32,000 nt of DNA, taken from Akkermansia muciniphila ATCC BAA-835. GTDB taxonomy: Bacteria > Verrucomicrobiota > Verrucomicrobiia > Verrucomicrobiales > Akkermansiaceae. The notes under the pieces were generated by a model that saw only the letters and a program-made list of their open reading frames with translations, was not told the origin of the DNA and did no database searches. The stretch spans positions 990,001 to 1,022,000 of the forward strand of contig NC_010655.1 of the NCBI RefSeq assembly GCF_000020225.1, read 5' to 3'. Shown piece after piece: positions 20,349-28,287 of the stretch. Both the position numbers and the translations under genes were made by a program. Position 1 is the stretch's first letter; each line of letters starts with the position of its first letter.

Positions 20349-22460
20349 ATGGAAGAAGTTCGGCGTGTTCTGCGTCCGTGGCCGGAACGGATGACGGCAT
20401 CTGCTCCCTTGCTGATTCCGGCTTTGTCCCTGCTGTGCGCCTGCGCGGCAATGGATGTTTCCCTTTGGCTCTGGATTCCATGCTTCTGCCTGGCGTCGCT
20501 GCCGTGTTTTTTACGTGCGCCCTCCATGGGGGTGCTTGCCGTTGCCCTGGCGATGTGGGCCGCCGTATATCTTTTCGCGTATGAACGGGAATACGCAGGC
20601 GTTCCCGTGGAAGCGGGGAGAGTCATGGTTATGGAAGGCTCCGTTGAGGCTGTTTCCGGAAAATCCGTGTTGTTTCGCCCGGATGGTTCCCGGTGGCTGT
20701 ACGCGGTTTCCTCCCGTGACGGGGCCTGCCCTCTGGAGGCAGGGGAACGCTACCGGATCAGGGGAGAGGCGTATCCGCTTCAGGCGCCGTGCGGTCCCGG
20801 CATCTTTGACCGGGAGCGTTGGGGGTACCTGCACGGCATCATCGCCGGAATCCGGCTGGATGAGTACTGCCGGAACGGGCCGGGAGACTGGCGCAGCCGT
20901 TTCCGGGCTTTTTCCCTGCGGCTCCGGGAAAGGGCTGCCTCCCTGCTCAGGGAGGGCGCCCCTCCGGATGATGAGGCCCGGCAGGTGATGGTTTCCGCCG
21001 TGCTTGGGGACAAGACGGACGCGAGGCTGGAAACGATGGCGAAGTTTCTGGAAAGCGGCTGCATGCATGTATTCGCTGTCAGCGGCATGCATGTGGGCGT
21101 GGCCGCCATGCTGGTTCTGGGTATGCTGAGGCTTTTGCATGTGCACCCCCGTGCGGCCCGGCTGGCCTGCATCCTTTTGCTGGCGGCGTACGTGTTCGTG
21201 ACCGGGATGTCCGCTTCCGCCCTGCGGGCGTTCATCATGGCGACAGTCTGGCTTCTGGCGTTTGTGCTGCGCAGAAAGGGACATCCGGCCAATATTCTGG
21301 CACTCGCTTTCATCCTCCTCTGTTTAATGAACCCGCTCCAGGTTTTCCAGCCGGGGTTCCAGCTTTCTTTTTGCGTTTTTGCCGTCATTGTCTGCCTGGC
21401 GGAATGGCTCAGTCGGGAAAAGCCCCTGTGGTCGCCGGACCCGTTTATTCCTCCCCGGATTTATCATGCGCGGGAAAGATTCCTGGTGCGGCTGGAAAAA
21501 GCATGCCGCGGCGCGCTGATCGTCTCCGTGGGGGCGTGGCTGGCTTCCATTCCCCTGACGGCATGGCACTTCGGAACCTGGAACCTGTATGCTCCCTTGA
21601 CCAATTTGTGCCTGAGCGTACTTGTCTTTCCCCTTATGGGCATTTCCCTGTCCGGGCTGATGTTCGCGTGGTGCCCGTGGATGCTGCATGTCTGTAATAC
21701 GGCCGCTTCCTGGCTGGCGTCCGCCATGCTGTCCGTAGCCGGGGGAGTGGCTTCCCTGCCGTACAGTTATCTTTCTTCCGCACCGCCTTCCGGGGAAAAT
21801 GAAGCTGTTATCGTTCCCTTGCAGAAGGATGCCTGGGCCACAGTCATTTCCAATCCCGCATTGGTTGTGGGAAGCGGAACGGAAGATGCGGTGCGGTACA
21901 CCCTCCTTCCCGTGCTGAAGGCGCGCAGTGTCCGGCCCTGCGGCATGCTGTCCTGGGGAAACGGCAAGGCAGAACGGGCCGGAGAGAAAGAACTGGAGAA
22001 GGAATATCCCGGAATCCGGAACTGGGGCGCGGAGCCCGGGGAATGTCCCGTCCGGCAATGGAGGTTACGGCCGGGCAATGCACTTGTGCTGGAAGATTTT
22101 CCTGTCCCGTTGCGCACGGGAATCCGTCAGGACCGGAGCCGGGTGTTGTCATGGGAATGCCGCGGGCGGCGGTTCCTGATGATAGGGAATACCGGGTTTT
22201 CTTCCCTGGCGCGCGCGGAAAAAACACCGCGGGCGGACGTATTGCTCATCGGGCATCATCCGCGCGACCCGGTGGACAGCGCAGCGTGGATCAGGGCCAC
22301 AGGCGCCCGCGCGGTCATTTTCACGACGGAGCATGAATGCCCCGTACCGGAGGGAACAGCCGTATACCGTCTCCGGGAAACCGGAAGCCTCTATCTGCGA
22401 ATGGAAGAAAAGAGCGTGCAAATCATCCCCTGGAGGGGCATGGAACGCCGTACAGAGTAA
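20349..22460 (+). CDS. comEC: ComEC/Rec2-family DNA internalisation channel protein with an apparently degenerate C-terminal metallo-beta-lactamase module
   Basis: N-terminal OB/DUF4131-like region and the Competence-domain motif ESGCMHVFAVSGMHVGVAAML with multiple TM segments. The C-terminal ~220 aa has MBL-like topology (LLIGHHPRDPV...AVIFTT), but I find no HxHxDH motif. Confidence 0.88.
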   Translation: MEEVRRVLRPWPERMTASAPLLIPALSLLCACAAMDVSLWLWIPCFCLASLPCFLRAPSMGVLAVALAMWAAVYLFAYEREYAGVPVEAGRVMVMEGSVEAVSGKSVLFRPDGSRWLYAVSSRDGACPLEAGERYRIRGEAYPLQAPCGPGIFDRERWGYLHGIIAGIRLDEYCRNGPGDWRSRFRAFSLRLRERAASLLREGAPPDDEARQVMVSAVLGDKTDARLETMAKFLESGCMHVFAVSGMHVGVAAMLVLGMLRLLHVHPRAARLACILLLAAYVFVTGMSASALRAFIMATVWLLAFVLRRKGHPANILALAFILLCLMNPLQVFQPGFQLSFCVFAVIVCLAEWLSREKPLWSPDPFIPPRIYHARERFLVRLEKACRGALIVSVGAWLASIPLTAWHFGTWNLYAPLTNLCLSVLVFPLMGISLSGLMFAWCPWMLHVCNTAASWLASAMLSVAGGVASLPYSYLSSAPPSGENEAVIVPLQKDAWATVISNPALVVGSGTEDAVRYTLLPVLKARSVRPCGMLSWGNGKAERAGEKELEKEYPGIRNWGAEPGECPVRQWRLRPGNALVLEDFPVPLRTGIRQDRSRVLSWECRGRRFLMIGNTGFSSLARAEKTPRADVLLIGHHPRDPVDSAAWIRATGARAVIFTTEHECPVPEGTAVYRLRETGSLYLRMEEKSVQIIPWRGMERRTE

Positions 22461-23799
22461 ATCCCGTGCTTTCCTCAATGCGGATGGGAAGGATCTCTCC
22501 CGCCAGGTCAGGGGCGGCATCCACCATGACGGGCTTGTTCTGGGAGGTCCGGCCGGAGAGGCGCGCCGCATTCGTTTTGGACGGCCCTTCCAGAAGAACT
22601 TCCTGCACGGTGCCTACCAGATCCCGGTTTTTCCGGATAGCTATTTCATTGACTACGGCCAGAAGATCCTGGTTGCGCGCTTCCTTCACTTCTTCCGGAA
22701 TCTGATTCTCCATCACGGCGGCGGGTGTGCCGCGGCGCGGGGAATAGCGGAAAATGAATGCGTTGTCAAACTGGACCTGTTCCACGGCCTGCCTGGTCAG
22801 CAGGTAATCCTCCTCCGTTTCTCCTGGGAAGCCCACAATGATATCCGTGGTGATGGACAAATCCGGGCGTGCCTGCTTCATCCGGGAGCAAAGGTCCAGA
22901 TAGGTTTCATTCCTGTACGGCCTGCGCATCATTTTCAGGATGCGGTCGCTGCCGCTCTGCATCGGGAAATGAATGTGGCTGCACAACTTGGGAAGGTAGG
23001 TGAACGCCTGCACCAGATCCTGGCGGAAACCGATGGGATGCGGGGAAACGAAGCGGATGCGCCGGATTCCTTCCACTTCATGCACGGCTTCCAGCAGCTG
23101 GACGAAGCCGCCCTTGCCGCCTGCCGTTTCCATCTGCCTGCCGTATCGGTTGACGATCTGGCCCAGCAGCGTGACTTCCTTCACGCCGGCGTCCGCCAGC
23201 ATCTTCACCTCATCCACCACGTCCCGGATGGGGCGGCTGCGTTCTGCGCCGCGGGTGTAGGGAACAATGCAGTAGGCGCACTTCATTTCGCACCCCTGCA
23301 TGATGGAGACATACGCCGTGGAGCGCACGCCGGGATTCAGGTGATCCCGGATTCGGTTCTGGGAATCCGCCTCTTCCGCCACATCGCACACATGCGTACC
23401 GGAAAAGGCGGTTTGCAACTCATCCATGCGGCGTTCCTGGCGCGCGCGCAGAATGCCGTCCACATGTTCAAATACGCGGTGGTATTTCTGGGTGCCGACC
23501 ACGAGGTCCAGGCGCGGCAGTTCCTTGAACAGTTCCTCTTTTTTACTTTGGGCCATGCAGCCCATCATGCCGTACACTACATGCGGACGATGCCGCTGCT
23601 GCTTGGCCAGAAGCCCCATTTTTCCCAGAGCCTTTTGTTCCGCCTGTTCCCGGATGGAACAGGAGTTGAACAGGATGACGTCCGCCTCATCCTCGCGGTC
23701 CGTCATGGTGTAGCCCTTCTGCACGAACATGCGGGCCACCTGTTCGGAGTCCCGTTCGTTCATCTGGCAGCCGTAGGTTTTGATATAAAGCTTGGGCAT
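22423..23799 (-). CDS. miaB: tRNA-i6A37 methylthiotransferase MiaB (radical SAM + TRAM)
   Basis: MPKLYIKTYGCQMNERDSE, NSCSIREQAEQK and the radical-SAM motif IMQGCEMKCAYCIVPYTRG, with a C-terminal TRAM. The start is placed at ATG 23799. The track ORF (23838) adds 13 residues that overlap rlmD. Confidence 0.95.
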   Translation of the reverse strand: MPKLYIKTYGCQMNERDSEQVARMFVQKGYTMTDREDEADVILFNSCSIREQAEQKALGKMGLLAKQQRHRPHVVYGMMGCMAQSKKEELFKELPRLDLVVGTQKYHRVFEHVDGILRARQERRMDELQTAFSGTHVCDVAEEADSQNRIRDHLNPGVRSTAYVSIMQGCEMKCAYCIVPYTRGAERSRPIRDVVDEVKMLADAGVKEVTLLGQIVNRYGRQMETAGGKGGFVQLLEAVHEVEGIRRIRFVSPHPIGFRQDLVQAFTYLPKLCSHIHFPMQSGSDRILKMMRRPYRNETYLDLCSRMKQARPDLSITTDIIVGFPGETEEDYLLTRQAVEQVQFDNAFIFRYSPRRGTPAAVMENQIPEEVKEARNQDLLAVVNEIAIRKNRDLVGTVQEVLLEGPSKTNAARLSGRTSQNKPVMVDAAPDLAGEILPIRIEESTGFTLYGVPCPSRG

Positions 23800-23807
23800 G
23801 GAAAAAA

Positions 23808-25031
23808 TCAGGTATTTTTTTTCAGGGTGACCACGCATTCCAGATGCTTGGTCTGGGGGAACAGGTCAAAGGGCTGGACGGCGGTGACGAAATACCCGGC
23901 CTTGTCGAATTCCGCCAGATCCCGTATCTGGGTGGCGGGATTGCAGGAAACGTAAACGACTTTTCCGGGGCCGAAGGCAAATAACTGGGCCAAAAATTCC
24001 GCACTGCATCCTTTCCGGGGAGGGTCGATCACCACGGCGGTTTTTTCCGCGGGGAAATCCACCCGGGCAAAAATGGCTCCGGCGTCCGCCGCCAGGAATT
24101 CCGCGTGTTCAATTCCGTTGCTGCGGGCATTGCTGCGTGCCCAGTCCGCGGAAGTCTCGCTGACTTCCACGCCCAGCACTTTTTTAAATTTCTTCGCCAG
24201 GCTCAGGGCGAACAGGCCGGAACCGCAGTAGGCGTCCACCAGGAATTCCTCCCCGTCCATACTCGCCTGTTGGGCCACGTAATCCGTAAAAAGCGGAAGA
24301 ATGAAAGGATTATTCTGGAAAAAGTCTCCCGCCAGAAAATGGAATTCCAAATCGCCCACCCGTTCGCAGGCGACGGCATTGTTATTGGTGATGACAGTTC
24401 CTTCCGAGGCCCGGAGCAGAATGGTGGCTCCCCGCTTGAACCGGGCTGCGGCCTGGTAAACGCTTTTGCGGGCCAGGGGCAGGGCTTCATTGATGCACTC
24501 CATGGCAATCGGGCATTGCGGCACGTCCACTACGTCCCTTCTGGAGCCTGCTTTCAGGAAACCGATGGCCGGCTTGCCTCCTTCCTTCGGCCTGTCAAAA
24601 TGGGGCGTAATCTTGGAGCGGTAATGGTATTGGCGGGGGGAGGCTACGGCCGGATTGACGGGCAGTTCCAGCCCTGCCTGCAAGCGGAGCAGATCCGCTA
24701 CCTGCCGGGTCTTCCAGAGAAGCTGGCGGTCATAGGAAAAATGCTGGTACTGGCATCCCCCACAGGTTCCGAACAGGCGGCAGCCCGGTTCCACGCGGTC
24801 CGGGCTGGGGTTAATTACTTCCACCAGATCGGCGGAGGAATAGTTCCTGTCATTACGCCAGACGCGCGCCTTTACACGGTCTCCCGGCAGGGCGAAGGGG
24901 ACGAAAACCACCCATCCGTCCACGCGGCCGATGCCGTCGCCTGCATTGGAAAGGGCGTCAATATCCAGTTCAAGCTCTTGGTGGTAGGAAAAAGGTTCGG
25001 GGTGGAAACCCTTGGGAATGGTCGCAGTCAT
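23808..25031 (-). CDS. rlmD: 23S rRNA (uracil-C5)-methyltransferase, RumA/RlmD family (TRAM + Fe-S + SAM-MTase)
   Basis: TRAM domain (GDGIGRVDGWVVFVPFALPGDRVKARV), Cys cluster FGTCGGCQYQH, SAM motif VDAYCGSGLFAL, and DPPRKG. Confidence 0.9.
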   Translation of the reverse strand: MTATIPKGFHPEPFSYHQELELDIDALSNAGDGIGRVDGWVVFVPFALPGDRVKARVWRNDRNYSSADLVEVINPSPDRVEPGCRLFGTCGGCQYQHFSYDRQLLWKTRQVADLLRLQAGLELPVNPAVASPRQYHYRSKITPHFDRPKEGGKPAIGFLKAGSRRDVVDVPQCPIAMECINEALPLARKSVYQAAARFKRGATILLRASEGTVITNNNAVACERVGDLEFHFLAGDFFQNNPFILPLFTDYVAQQASMDGEEFLVDAYCGSGLFALSLAKKFKKVLGVEVSETSADWARSNARSNGIEHAEFLAADAGAIFARVDFPAEKTAVVIDPPRKGCSAEFLAQLFAFGPGKVVYVSCNPATQIRDLAEFDKAGYFVTAVQPFDLFPQTKHLECVVTLKKNT

Positions 25032-25046
25032 GGTGGTGAGAAAAGA

Positions 25047-25370
25047 TTATGGGGCGGAAGGGGTAATCAACTTGCCGTCCAGATCGTACAGCAGGGTTTC
25101 CGGCAGCCGGGGGGTGCGCAGTCCGGGGCGGAAATCGCCCGGCAAGACAGCCGGCCCCGGTGCGGATTCTTCATTCTCATCCTCTGGAAGAATCTCCTGT
25201 TGCGCCGGAGCGGGCGCCCAAGGTGCGGGCTGGTTAGCTGAAGCGGTTTGTTCCGGCTGAACGGCAGGAACTGGGGCGGGGTCCTGAGGTGCCGTTTCCT
25301 TGTTGGAGGCGCAGGAAGAGGTCCAGGCCAGCCCGGCAATCAGACAGGAGCGGATCAGGAGTTTTCTCAT
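25047..25370 (-). CDS. Small proline-rich putative lipoprotein (108 aa)
   Basis: MRKLLIRSCLIAGLAWTSSC is a signal peptide ending in a lipobox-like Cys. The rest is a low-complexity P/A/Q/E-rich region. It lies 15 nt upstream of rlmD on the same strand. The start is set at the internal ATG (25370) of the 119-aa track ORF. Confidence 0.6.
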   Translation of the reverse strand: MRKLLIRSCLIAGLAWTSSCASNKETAPQDPAPVPAVQPEQTASANQPAPWAPAPAQQEILPEDENEESAPGPAVLPGDFRPGLRTPRLPETLLYDLDGKLITPSAP

Positions 25371-25515
25371 GGCGCGGATTCTTACAGCTTCATCCGGACT
25401 TGGCAAGTGAATAGCCCTGCTATGGACCGTGTAAAGGGCATTTCTTTTTTACTTGGAAACCGGGGAATGCTTGCTGTTTGACTCTTCCGGGATAGTGTTT
25501 ATAGTAGGAGCACGT

Positions 25516-26088
25516 ATGAGATTTTTTCTTTCTTTGTGTTGTTCCGCTGCGGTTTCAGGGTTGTTTGCCCCTCAGGCCGGCATAGCTCAACAGCGTCCTC
25601 CCATTTTCGGGTTTGCCAATAAAGACAGGATACCTGAAGTTAATAAGTCGGGCAGTCCCGTTTTTGACAAACTCCGTAATGAAGCTATGAAGAAAAAACT
25701 GCCGCTGGTAATTTATCTTACTGGTTCTTCGTGGTGTTCCCAGTGCAATATTTTTACCCGGGAATATATCAAAAAAACAAATTTCAAAAATGCCGCCGGG
25801 AAAAAATTTATATTTTGGCTGGTGGACACCAAACAGGCGCCGGGCAATTCTCCGGGGACGTTTAATTTTAAAATGGTTCCGGAAGAAGCCGCAAAAATCG
25901 TGGGGTGTGCGGATTCTCCCCGTGCGCCGTATGTGGTTCTTGGTCCTCCCGCTGTGTTTATCATTGACCCTGTTTCCGGAGAATTGATCAAGAGCCTGTT
26001 CCCTAAGAGTGAAGTGGACAAGTATGGAAAACCTCTTGCCGGAATTATTGAAGAAACCTGGGCGGAGTTTTCCCGCAAGCCCAAATAG
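25516..26088 (+). CDS. Secreted thioredoxin-fold protein (WCxxC)
   Basis: Signal peptide MRFFLSLCCSAAVSGLFAPQAGIA and redox motif LTGSSWCSQCNIF. The ATG at 25516 is preceded by taggag. The gene is visibly AT-richer than its neighbours. Confidence 0.75.
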   Translation: MRFFLSLCCSAAVSGLFAPQAGIAQQRPPIFGFANKDRIPEVNKSGSPVFDKLRNEAMKKKLPLVIYLTGSSWCSQCNIFTREYIKKTNFKNAAGKKFIFWLVDTKQAPGNSPGTFNFKMVPEEAAKIVGCADSPRAPYVVLGPPAVFIIDPVSGELIKSLFPKSEVDKYGKPLAGIIEETWAEFSRKPK

Positions 26089-26267
26089 GAAACGGAATGT
26101 ATGCGGGGAACGTCCGGTATTTTCATGCTCCAGCCAAGATGACGGGGAACAATTCCAAAAGTTCTTTTGTTTATTTTATAGGAAGCGAAAAAATCCTCCC
26201 GGCATCCCTCCGGCTCCTTTAAAAAAGGCAGCGTGCGGAATCTTTTTCCGGGGCGGAGCGATTGCCG

Positions 26268-27731
26268 TTAAAAACGGTAAATGAAGCGCAGCCATGGGCG
26301 CGGCGTGCCGGAATAGTAGGGATACCACCGGTGTTCGGGGTGGTGCATGGTGCGGCCCCATTCATCCTGACGGCGCGCCTGGGGCGTATAGAAGAGCTGC
26401 TTCCACTCCCGGCTGACGAAGGAAGAAGGCTCTGTTTCCGAAGCCGGAGGCGCCAGAAACGCCTGGAGGGCGCTGGAAGAACAGCAATAATAGGGAATGT
26501 TGAACCGGGGCGCCATTCCGAACGCCAGCAGAAGCCATATCCAGACGCGGAAACCGGGATGCCGCGTCCAGGAGGAAGCCAGAAAGGCAAGCAGGCAGGC
26601 CATGACCGGAACGCTTCCTTTGCAAAGCAGGTCATTGACGTCTCCGTTCACGTAAAAAAAAGGCAGAATCAGGCCGGTTGCCAGCGTACAGATAAAGAGG
26701 GGATTCCTCCGGAAATCCCGCCAGCAGAACAGGGCGTACAGCAGGAATGAGGTCGCCATAAGCGGGAAATCCCCCGGATGCGTATAAAAAGGCCGCATGC
26801 CCATGTGGGAGGATGGCGCGTTTACCGTCCCATAATAAAGAAGGAAGCACACTCCCAGCAGAACGGAGGCCGAAAAGGAGGGATGGAGCAGGACATCCCG
26901 GAGAGGGGGGACGCCTCTCCACTGACGGTACCACTGGCAGGCCGCCAGGGGTAGCCCTCCGAGGGCCGCGAGGGGGGAATAAAAGGCCGTGGCTGCGAAC
27001 AGAAGGGGTATCCAGGGCAGAGGCATGCGTCCCGAAGCCAGGAAGATGAAAAAGAGCAGAACTGGAATGGAAGCGTTTGCGCTGCACATGATTTGTTCCG
27101 CCGTGCCGAAGTAATGCAGGCGGAACAGGTCCAGCCCCAGCCAGCACTGGAAATTCAGCAGAGAACCGAATGCCGCCATCAGCAGGGCGAGCAGCAGGGA
27201 GCGGCGTCCGGAGAAAACGCAGAGCCACAGCCAGGCAAGAAACAGTCCCCAGGCTCCCCACAGAACGACAAGCACGCGCGCGGCATCCAGCCCCGCCAGT
27301 TTTCCCGCCAGGGCTGGGATTAGCCAGAGCCCCGTGTTGTAAACCAGCATGTTCCCGTCCGGAAAGATGACGGGCCATGGGCTGGCTACCAATTCACGCA
27401 GGCAGGCGTTTCTGACGATATGGTCAGGGTGCTGGTTGACCCATTCCCCCCAGCCGGAAAGCGTCATCAGGGCGGCAAACGCCGCCAGGGCGAGAAATGA
27501 AGAGCGGGTAAACAGGGGGAAGGCAGGGAGGGAATCCCTTGTTTGCGGTTCCTTGCGTTTTCGGGGAGCCAGTCCCGCAGCCGTCAAAAACATGAGGGGG
27601 AGAGCGGCGTACCAGTGCATCCACCCGGCCAGGAATACCAGGACGGGCAGCAGAAGCCAGGCGCAGGTGTGCCACTTCAGCGCAGTTGCGTTGAACGCTT
27701 GTTCCGGGCACGGGGCATCAGCGGCAGGCAT
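26268..27731 (-). CDS. Polytopic inner-membrane protein of unknown family (paralog of 13008..14558)
   Basis: >10 hydrophobic segments. It shares blocks with the paralog: NQHPDHIVRNACLRELVASPWPVIFPDGNMLVYNTGLWLIPALAG, and RRNPLFICTLATGLILPFFYVNGDVNDLLCKGSVPV. Confidence 0.8.
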   Translation of the reverse strand: MPAADAPCPEQAFNATALKWHTCAWLLLPVLVFLAGWMHWYAALPLMFLTAAGLAPRKRKEPQTRDSLPAFPLFTRSSFLALAAFAALMTLSGWGEWVNQHPDHIVRNACLRELVASPWPVIFPDGNMLVYNTGLWLIPALAGKLAGLDAARVLVVLWGAWGLFLAWLWLCVFSGRRSLLLALLMAAFGSLLNFQCWLGLDLFRLHYFGTAEQIMCSANASIPVLLFFIFLASGRMPLPWIPLLFAATAFYSPLAALGGLPLAACQWYRQWRGVPPLRDVLLHPSFSASVLLGVCFLLYYGTVNAPSSHMGMRPFYTHPGDFPLMATSFLLYALFCWRDFRRNPLFICTLATGLILPFFYVNGDVNDLLCKGSVPVMACLLAFLASSWTRHPGFRVWIWLLLAFGMAPRFNIPYYCCSSSALQAFLAPPASETEPSSFVSREWKQLFYTPQARRQDEWGRTMHHPEHRWYPYYSGTPRPWLRFIYRF

Positions 27732-27885
27732 TTCCCCTGAACCTTAATGGGGCCGGCCCGCGGGGGCAAGGAGGAAACTCGCAGGCCGGAATGGAAGGGG
27801 GGGATTTGTATGGGTATAGTGGCAGGAATGAGGGTGCGCCGTTGCCGCTTTACCGGAGAAACGGGGGCCTCATACTGGGAGGCCT

Positions 27886-28158
27886 ATGAACAAAACACAA
27901 TTTATCCGGGAGCTCCAGCGTGAGCTGGGGAATGACGTTACTTCCCGGCAGGCGGAACATGCGTTGAACGCGGTGCTGGAGACGATTGCGCGAGCAGTCC
28001 GGAGGCGGTCGCTGGTGAAATTCCGGGGCTTTGGCACTTTCCGCGTCAAGCGGCGCCGCGCCCGCATCGTACGCCATCCGGAAAACGGCGGCAGGCTGCT
28101 GGTGCATGAATCGAAAACCATGAAATTCCGCCCCTCTTCCCTTCTGTGGAAGGAGTAG
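27886..28158 (+). CDS. hup: HU/IHF-family nucleoid-associated DNA-binding protein
   Basis: MNKTQFIRELQ...VKFRGFGTFRVKRRRARIVRHPENGGRLLVHESKTMKFRPS matches the HU beta-arm pattern GFGxFxxxxRxxRxxRNPxTG. Confidence 0.92.
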   Translation: MNKTQFIRELQRELGNDVTSRQAEHALNAVLETIARAVRRRSLVKFRGFGTFRVKRRRARIVRHPENGGRLLVHESKTMKFRPSSLLWKE

Positions 28159-28287
28159 GGGAAACGCTCGGGAACTCCTGTCATTTTGCCATTGACTTCC
28201 CCGTCCGTGGAGGCCCTTAATGTGGATAAGGCAGGAGCGTTTTTGCCTGCCTGAATAAGTAACTGGCCCTTTCCGCATTTGCCGATC

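Noticed and set aside
20455-22571. Alternative-frame and antisense ORFs within comEC (e.g. 20511-21284, 21324-22058, 22149-22571).
   Set aside because: The comEC frame carries the Competence-domain motif and coherent TM segments. The others are shadow ORFs.
22333-23955. 540-aa ORF on the plus strand spanning miaB and the end of rlmD.
   Set aside because: It is antisense to two genes with unmistakable family signatures. The translation is H/L/A/G/R-rich shadow sequence typical of GC-rich antisense frames, and there is no start or RBS context.
26097-26222. 41-codon ORF (MYAGNVRYFHAPAKMTGNNSKSSFVYFIGSEKILPASLRLL) in the convergent spacer after the thioredoxin-like gene.
   Set aside because: It has no convincing RBS, an unremarkable non-protein-like sequence and no supporting structure. 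It is more likely a 3' UTR or terminator region.
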